In this document: piece by piece, positions 58,257 to 64,000 of the stretch | How the letters are laid out: each line of letters opens with the position of its first letter | How positions within the stretch are numbered: the first letter of the stretch is position 1 | Assembly (NCBI GenBank): GCA_033765135.1 | Contig: JANRII010000058.1 | Coordinates: 2,982 to 66,981 of the forward strand | Length of the DNA: 64,000 nucleotides | From: Pseudanabaenaceae cyanobacterium bins.39 | GTDB taxonomy: Bacteria; Cyanobacteriota; Cyanobacteriia; Pseudanabaenales; Pseudanabaenaceae | Direction: 5' to 3' | Notes under the pieces: generated by a model | The model's input: only the letters and a program-made list of their open reading frames with translations | What the model was told of the DNA's origin: nothing | The model's database searches: none | Program-made: the position numbers and the translations under genes

Positions 58257-59216
58257 ATGACATATACAATTGATTCAGCCAGAAGCATCTTCCCAAGTAC
58301 TCTCGCGGCTGATGTTGTACCAGCTACAATCGCTCGTTTTAATCAACTTAGCCCTGAAGATCAATTAGCTTGGATTTGGTTTACATATCTTGAAATGGGT
58401 AAAACTGTAACGATCGCGGCTCCAGGGGCTGCCAGTATGCAGTTAGCGGAACTCACTCTCAATGAGATCAAAAAAATGAGTTTCCAACAACAAACGCAGG
58501 TTATGTGTGATTTAGCTAACCGTGCTGATACACCCATTTGTCGAACCTATGCTATTTGGTCGCAAAATATTAAGCTTGGTTTCTGGTATCAGCTTGGACA
58601 ATGGATGGAACAAGGTATTGTGGCTCCAATCCCTGAAGGATATCAACTCTCAGCCAATGCTAAGGCAGTTCTCGAAACCTTAAAGTCCCTTGAGCCAGGT
58701 CAACAAATCACCATTCTGCGAAATTCCGTTGTAGATATGGGCTATGACCCAAATAAACTAGGTAACTACACCCGCGTATCTGAGCCAGTTGTACCACCTA
58801 AGGAAGTATCGAAGCGTACATCCGTCACCATTGAGGGCATCGACAACCCCACCGTATTGGCATATATGAATAATCTCAATGCCAATGACTTTAAGGCTTT
58901 GATTGAGTTGTTTTTACCAGATGGCGCTTTGCAGCCTCCTTTCCAACGCCCAATTGTTGGCAAAGAAGCAGTACTGAGATTCTTTAATGAAGAGTGCCAA
59001 AACTTGGTACTTGTGCCAGAAAGAGGTGTTGCAGAGCCAGCCGAAGGTGGTTATACACAAATTAAGGTGACAGGTAAAGTCCAAACTCCTTGGTTTGGTT
59101 CAGGAGTTGGTATGAATATTGCTTGGCGCTTCTTGCTTGATCCTAGTAACAAGATCTTCTTTGTGGCGATCGATCTTTTAGCATCTCCCAAGGAGTTGCT
59201 CAATCTAGCTCGCTAA
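58257..59216 (+). CDS. ocp: orange carotenoid protein (OCP1-type, 319 aa)
   Basis: MTYTIDSARSIFP, QITILRN (R155), AYMNNLNANDF (Y201), EECQNL (E244), VQTPWFG (W288); ATG 58257 preferred to 58155. Confidence 0.97.
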   Translation: MTYTIDSARSIFPSTLAADVVPATIARFNQLSPEDQLAWIWFTYLEMGKTVTIAAPGAASMQLAELTLNEIKKMSFQQQTQVMCDLANRADTPICRTYAIWSQNIKLGFWYQLGQWMEQGIVAPIPEGYQLSANAKAVLETLKSLEPGQQITILRNSVVDMGYDPNKLGNYTRVSEPVVPPKEVSKRTSVTIEGIDNPTVLAYMNNLNANDFKALIELFLPDGALQPPFQRPIVGKEAVLRFFNEECQNLVLVPERGVAEPAEGGYTQIKVTGKVQTPWFGSGVGMNIAWRFLLDPSNKIFFVAIDLLASPKELLNLAR

Positions 59217-59239
59217 ACTAAACCCAGTAAGGTTCTTTT

Positions 59240-59310
59240 AATTAAGAAATGGCTACGCCATTTCTTAATTTGGTATTAGAAGAGCGTCTCCGCACGGGGA
59301 CGCTCTTCTA
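59240..59310. repeat. two tandem hairpins between ocp and crtW (terminator/REP-like)
   Basis: AATTAAGAAATGGC-TAC-GCCATTTCTTAATT (59240-59270) and TAGAAGAGCGTC...GACGCTCTTCTA (59277-59310). Confidence 0.8.
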
Positions 59311-59388
59311 GTGATATTATGCTTAACATATCTTCATATTTTGCCTGCACATTCATTTTACAAACTTAAACCATTGCCTTTTGAAAAT

Positions 59389-60150
59389 ATGCAAATGTAT
59401 AAACTGCCGCAAAGGGCATTTCAGGTTAATGATTGGGTGGGGCTATCTGTAGTAATAATTATTGTTAGTCTTTGGATAGCCAGTCTGGAACAGTTAATTG
59501 TTATTTCTGCGGTTGATGTTGCCCCTATATGGGTAATTTTGGGTGTTTTAGGTCGAACTTATTTGCATACGGGGCTGTTTATTGTTGCCCATGATGCAAT
59601 GCATCAGAATTTAATCCCTAGCGATCGCTACTTAAATGATTGGTTAGGCAAGCTGGCTGTGACACTGTACGGCTTTCTGCCCTATGAGCATTGCCACAAA
59701 AATCATACTGCTCATCATCGGTTTACGTCACAACATAGAGATCCTGATTTTCACGGTAAAGTTGCCCATCCATTTTTTTGGTATTGCAAATTCATTAGCG
59801 AATATTTCCCTTGGCGATCGCTGATTGTATTTTTAACCAATATGAGCATCATTTTTTGGAGCTTACATTTGTTGTGGCATGTGCCATTCACAAATTTGAT
59901 CTTATTTTGGATTTTGCCTTTGATATTAAGCTCACTCCAACTCTTTATTTTTGGTACATATCTGCCCCATCGCCAAGTTCCCCACAACCCCAACTTTTTG
60001 CCACGTTTGCAGGGAAATTTATATACGTTGATTTGGTCTTTTTGTAGTTGTTATAACTTTGGTCACTATCATTGGGAGCATCACGAATATCCCCATGTCC
60101 CTTGGTATCAGTTGCCCTATTGCCCTTCTTGGAGAACTCCTAAAGATTAA
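59389..60150 (+). CDS. crtW: beta-carotene ketolase, CrtW type
   Basis: HTGLFIVAHDAMH, H..HHR..SQ..DPDFH, QLF.FGTYLPHR, YHWEHHEYPHVPWYQLP; follows ocp. Confidence 0.85.
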   Translation: MQMYKLPQRAFQVNDWVGLSVVIIIVSLWIASLEQLIVISAVDVAPIWVILGVLGRTYLHTGLFIVAHDAMHQNLIPSDRYLNDWLGKLAVTLYGFLPYEHCHKNHTAHHRFTSQHRDPDFHGKVAHPFFWYCKFISEYFPWRSLIVFLTNMSIIFWSLHLLWHVPFTNLILFWILPLILSSLQLFIFGTYLPHRQVPHNPNFLPRLQGNLYTLIWSFCSCYNFGHYHWEHHEYPHVPWYQLPYCPSWRTPKD

Positions 60151-60466
60151 GATCAAGGTGAGTAAAGGTCACAGCACAGGTATTTGTTCCTTCTCCCATG
60201 CCTTTGTGATAGAAAGTTAGCTTGTAATTTGGAAATTCCTGTGATTTTTGTACCACATCACAGGCGACAAAGAGCGCATGGCGATCGCGATCGGGCAGAT
60301 GCAGCAATCCACCCCTAATATTATTTTTGATGCCATCGGCCAGAGCTTCTTTGAGTCTTGCCATAACCCGATCAAAATCACGACGATCAATAATAATTTC
60401 TTCCTCAACTTCTGTTTGTGGAGAGTCAAAATTTTCCAAATTTTCCGAATTGTTCACTGTTGTCAT
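60140..60466 (-). CDS. hypothetical protein
   Basis: 108-aa ORF with plausible composition; converges on crtW with an 11-nt overlap. Confidence 0.65.
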   Translation of the reverse strand: MTTVNNSENLENFDSPQTEVEEEIIIDRRDFDRVMARLKEALADGIKNNIRGGLLHLPDRDRHALFVACDVVQKSQEFPNYKLTFYHKGMGEGTNTCAVTFTHLDLNL

Positions 60467-60582
60467 AGTCTATGCTGTTTGTAAAGTTTATTGAATTGTA
60501 TTTTATTGAATTGTAGTATCAATCTTTGAAGAATTAAAAACCAAACCTAGCAAGGTTTTTATACCAATAAAAAAGACAGAAA

Positions 60583-62028
60583 TTAAAAGTCAAAGTAAAT
60601 AAATGGCAACTTCTTGTCTGGACTAAGGATACTGACTAAGAACAGACTCACAGGTACTAAAAATAGTTTGATTTGCCAGTTCAGTTGCCATTTTGCGCGA
60701 TCGCAACTGTAGGCAATCCAAGACATCAGTACCAAAATACCCATCAATAATAAAATTTGCCCCGATGAAATACCAAGGGAATTGACATATACCTTCACTC
60801 CAAACTGAGGATCGCTTTCATATCCCCACATCCTCTGGAAAAACCGATCCATATCCATAGGGTTGGGTAAACGGAAAGGAATCCACCCTAAGAAAACCAC
60901 CAACTGAGTGAGCAAAATAGCTAACAACTGCATCGGTACTGGCTTCCACATATTATGCAGCATCGAAAATCTGGTACTCAGTTCCATCCAAAGTCGATGT
61001 ACAACGAGAGCCATACCATGCCAAACTCCCCAAATAATAAAGCCCCAGTTGGCTCCATGCCATACACCCACCACCACCATCACCACCATCAGGTTAAAGC
61101 AAGTCAACCATAGACCTCCTCGCGAACCACCTAAAGGAATATATAGATAGTTTCGCATCCATGCCCCTAAGGTCATGTGCCAACGTCGCCAAAATTCAGA
61201 AATACTAGTAGAAAAATAGGGAAAATCAAAATTTTGCGGCAACCGCAACCCAAATAATAAGGCACTTCCCCTTGCCATATCGATATATCCACTAAAGTCG
61301 CAATATATTTGAATTCCATAGGCAACTAAAGCTAACCATAGATCGAAACTGCCTGCCCTTTCAGTATTCAAAAAGCAAATGTCAACTAGTCTTGCCATAT
61401 TATCGGCAACAATCCCCTTTTTGACAGCACCACAAGCAAAGAGCCACACACCTTCAGCCAGATCAGGTAAGACAGGTCGCGATCGCGTTAAAAGCTGAGG
61501 TGCAAATTCTTGATAACGTGTAATTGGTCCTGATAGGAGTTTGGCAAAAAATAGCTTGTATGCAGCAAAATTCAGGAAATTAGAGGCAGGGCTATTACCT
61601 CGATAAGTATCAATTAAATAAGCAATTAACTCAAATACAAAAAAACTGAGAGTAATTGGCGGCACAATATTTGACTTAGCCCAAATTGCCAAAGCGCTAC
61701 CCACAGGCAAGCCTGTCATATTGCCGATCACCGTTGCCACAAAGGGAATATATTTGAAGCCAAATAGCAATAGGACATCGATGAATATGCCCACAAACAA
61801 TAACCACTGCTTAAGAAACTGATCGCCCTTACGGATTTCCTTGCCCAACCAGTAGTTGAGGGCAATCATGACAATCAATAACCATACATACTGTCTTTGA
61901 ATAAAGGAGTAAAACAGCAAACTAGCGGTCAAAATTACCAGCAGGCGCATCTGCAAATTTGGTAATAGCCAGTAAATAGCTGCCACGCCAATCAGAAATT
62001 GACCATACTTTAATGAGATAAAATCCAT
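60583..62028 (-). CDS. MBOAT family O-acyltransferase (AlgI/DltB-like)
   Basis: FKYIPF, SFFVF..IAY..D.YRG, QIYCDFSGY.D.A.G, NFDFPY, FWRRWHMTL, GVWHGANW. Confidence 0.93.
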   Translation of the reverse strand: MDFISLKYGQFLIGVAAIYWLLPNLQMRLLVILTASLLFYSFIQRQYVWLLIVMIALNYWLGKEIRKGDQFLKQWLLFVGIFIDVLLLFGFKYIPFVATVIGNMTGLPVGSALAIWAKSNIVPPITLSFFVFELIAYLIDTYRGNSPASNFLNFAAYKLFFAKLLSGPITRYQEFAPQLLTRSRPVLPDLAEGVWLFACGAVKKGIVADNMARLVDICFLNTERAGSFDLWLALVAYGIQIYCDFSGYIDMARGSALLFGLRLPQNFDFPYFSTSISEFWRRWHMTLGAWMRNYLYIPLGGSRGGLWLTCFNLMVVMVVVGVWHGANWGFIIWGVWHGMALVVHRLWMELSTRFSMLHNMWKPVPMQLLAILLTQLVVFLGWIPFRLPNPMDMDRFFQRMWGYESDPQFGVKVYVNSLGISSGQILLLMGILVLMSWIAYSCDRAKWQLNWQIKLFLVPVSLFLVSILSPDKKLPFIYFDF

Positions 62029-62076
62029 GGGCTGGACATTGGCAAATGGTAAAGTGCAGTTGTTAAGATAGCACTG

Positions 62077-62493
62077 CTAAGATACCACTTCTGGAAATGG
62101 AGAGATTGCCTCTGGTAAATCTTCTATTGCCTTTAAGCTATCTAGATCACTATCATTGATTATGATTTGCGGATCGTCATTTTCTTCCAAGTCTTTAGCT
62201 GCTTTAATGGGAACCCAGTTAGGCAGTATAGAATCCACTTCTTCAACTTGTAATTGGATGCAGGGAATCGTATCAGACAAAATAGAGCTTGCCATCATGC
62301 CAGTATGAATTTCCACATGGGCTGAGGAGATTGCTTCAAATATCAGATTCTGTCCGGGAAATACCACCCTTTCAAAGTACCACTGTGGCACATCGGTGAT
62401 ACGAGCAATTTGAATTTTGCTAGTGGCATTTACATAGGAGCAAACTATGGTTTTATCGCGCAAATCAGCAGGTAATGGATCTAGTAAAGACAT
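62077..62493 (-). CDS. DUF1830 domain protein
   Basis: CSYVNATSKIQIARIT....WYFERVVFPGQ.L.FEA...A..EIH.G...S.IL.D.IPC..L. Confidence 0.88.
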   Translation of the reverse strand: MSLLDPLPADLRDKTIVCSYVNATSKIQIARITDVPQWYFERVVFPGQNLIFEAISSAHVEIHTGMMASSILSDTIPCIQLQVEEVDSILPNWVPIKAAKDLEENDDPQIIINDSDLDSLKAIEDLPEAISPFPEVVS

Positions 62494-62734
62494 AGTGTTT
62501 GGTTAATTTAAGGTTAGAAAGGTTAAATATGAAAATATTTATGTAGTAGAGATATGCTTAGGATAGCTATATATCTAAAACTATACTCAGACCATCCTAA
62601 TAAAACCTGCCGATATGATTAGGATTATCTAGGTTAATAGTATCGAAATTTTATCTATAACTATAGCTAACACCTAAGCAGAGTTAGCGATTGTAAATAC
62701 TACTACCAACTTGCAATTATTGCTGTTTTGCTGT

Positions 62735-63670
62735 TTATTTGCGTACAGCACGAAACATCCCAAAACGGCAAATGCCTGTGCCGAAGGCAATTCGCATCAA
62801 TATCAGAGTGGGGACTTCCCTTAAAGATTTAATAAAACCAGTTATACCAAACTTGATTAGCCCATCTGGGCGAATAATGCCTTGCCAAATTGAATCAAGC
62901 CATGAAGGTAAGGTTTCTTGAGTCCAATCAGCAGTAACCACTTGACCTGATACTAGTTTGGTTGCTTCTAGGGCTTCAGCAAAGCCCTCAATGCTGGCAA
63001 AGGCGGGATGTGACCATTGATCCAGTAATTGCCGCATAATAATACGCTCTATCAGATTAAGGGGCTTTTGGCGATCGTCTCTTTGGTTCCAGTCCGCCAC
63101 GACCAATATGCCATTTGGTTTTAATACCCTAAGTAATTCCTTAGCAAAAATCGCTTTGTCTGGCATGTGGGGGCCTGCTTCGATACACCAAACCACGTCA
63201 AAGCTGGCATCTGGGAAGGACATGGCCATTGCATCATCGACCTGAAATTTTGCATTTAAATCTTTGGGGGTGAGGGCTTGGGCGCGTTGCACCTGTTGCG
63301 GACTGATGGTGATACCTGTTACGTCAAAACCATAGTCTTTGGCTAGGATGCGACTGCTGCCACCGATTCCGCAGCCCACATCTAGCACTGTACTACCCTT
63401 GGGCAGTTGGTCGAGTTTTCCCCATTTGACCATTTCGCCTACAAAATCTATTTTGGCGGCGCGAAAGTCTTTGGACTTGGTGGGATTGCCATAATGTCCT
63501 AGATGTATGTGATCGCCCCAATAAAATTCAAGGATGCCATCTTGAGTCCATTCGTCATAGGAACGGGCAACGGAGTCGGCGGATTGGTAAGTGCGGGCAG
63601 CGATCGCGTAGATTACTGTACTGATTAGGAGGAAAGCGATCGCTATTTCTAGGGCTAGGGTTGAGTTCAT
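62735..63670 (-). CDS. MPBQ/MSBQ methyltransferase (Sll0418-type; tocopherol/plastoquinone synthesis)
   Basis: AR.YQS.DSVA..YD.WT.DGILE.YWGDHIHLGHYG, VLDVGCGIGGS, EAGPHMPDK, QWSHPAFASIEGF. Confidence 0.9.
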   Translation of the reverse strand: MNSTLALEIAIAFLLISTVIYAIAARTYQSADSVARSYDEWTQDGILEFYWGDHIHLGHYGNPTKSKDFRAAKIDFVGEMVKWGKLDQLPKGSTVLDVGCGIGGSSRILAKDYGFDVTGITISPQQVQRAQALTPKDLNAKFQVDDAMAMSFPDASFDVVWCIEAGPHMPDKAIFAKELLRVLKPNGILVVADWNQRDDRQKPLNLIERIIMRQLLDQWSHPAFASIEGFAEALEATKLVSGQVVTADWTQETLPSWLDSIWQGIIRPDGLIKFGITGFIKSLREVPTLILMRIAFGTGICRFGMFRAVRK

Positions 63671-63734
63671 GATTTGAGAGGCGCTAAAATGAGTTTAGCT
63701 ATAGCTTGGGATAAGTTAAAAGTTTTAAAGTTAA

Positions 63735-63752
63735 TTTACATAAGTTTACATT
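63735..63752 (+). promoter_or_regulatory. HLR1-type (RpaB) direct repeat
   Basis: TTTACATA-AG-TTTACATT matches (G/T)TTACA(T/A)(T/A)-N2-(G/T)TTACA(T/A)(T/A). Confidence 0.6.
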
Positions 63753-63756
63753 GAAT

Positions 63757-64000
63757 ATGGATTCCCTAGATGCATTGCTGACGGAGTTGCACAGTAAGTA
63801 TGCCAATGTTGGCGATAAACCTGCTCAGGATTTGCCTTCCTGTCAACCGTTAGGGGAAAAGGTAGAAGTTTCTAATGAAATTGCTAACGGTTCCAATTCC
63901 CAAGATTTAATGCAGGAACTGATGGGGGAGTTACCTCATCGCCAATCAAATCCCCTTGATCGGCTATTGGATGATTTGCAAAAAAGGGGGCAAAGTGTGA
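63757..64000 (+). CDS. hypothetical protein (possibly Slr1339-like), 3'-truncated by the window edge
   Basis: ATG at 63757, open to the end: MDSLDALLTELHSKY...PLDRLLDDLQKRGQSV. Confidence 0.6.
   Translation, partial: MDSLDALLTELHSKYANVGDKPAQDLPSCQPLGEKVEVSNEIANGSNSQDLMQELMGELPHRQSNPLDRLLDDLQKRGQSV

Larger units (their letters stand above)
1..64000. repeat. HIP1 octamer (GCGATCGC) dispersed throughout the window
   Basis: GCGATCGC recurs in most core genes, often several times per kb; hallmark of many cyanobacterial genomes. Confidence 0.95.

Noticed and set aside
62500-62530. GGTTAA-like triple repeat as a SphR Pho box
   Set aside because: Spacing is irregular (9 and 11 nt) and it sits directly against the start codon
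342-62921. Many 60-160 aa ORFs in the track antisense to or nested in recognised genes (e.g. 342..737, 6492..6941, 21866..22312, 52597..53079)
   Set aside because: They are shadows of strongly supported genes, with no recognisable motifs of their own
1-64000. CRISPR array or cas genes, especially near the WYL gene
   Set aside because: No regularly spaced repeat-spacer series was seen; the four 140-bp repeats are kilobases apart and have TIRs

Overview
Chromosomal window from a cyanobacterium. The evidence is the dense HIP1 octamer GCGATCGC plus apcD, ocp, frp, crtW and txlA; the intergenic palindrome style suggests a Pseudanabaena-like lineage (inference). Most of it is housekeeping and photosynthesis genes: gshB, ald, fbp, rluD, mltA, bioD, nadC, glgB, apcD, wecB, cobU, hisG, an frp-ocp-crtW photoprotection cluster, tocopherol/plastoquinone enzymes and tRNA-Arg(CCT). 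The most unusual region is the urease cluster (ureD-ureA-ureB-ureC, 30293-37005). Each gap between the structural genes holds nuclease-fold genes, including a HIP1-free ABC/AAA-ATPase plus TOPRIM-like pair whose second gene overlaps the ureC start codon (ATGA); this is a candidate PARIS/OLD-like defence or toxin module. Other notable items are four copies of a 140-141 bp MITE with TWA target sites, a modular family of short intergenic palindromes, and an orphan ~90 nt sRNA candidate (50885-50975). Protein-level oddities include an orphan type I-D-like WYL regulator, a methyltransferase-less OvoA-type sulfoxide synthase carrying an EgtB-like NW motif, a pseudo-orthocaspase and a plant-like class II aldolase. 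No CRISPR array, rRNA, integrase or intact transposase was seen. All family assignments come from motif recognition by eye; no database searches were run.
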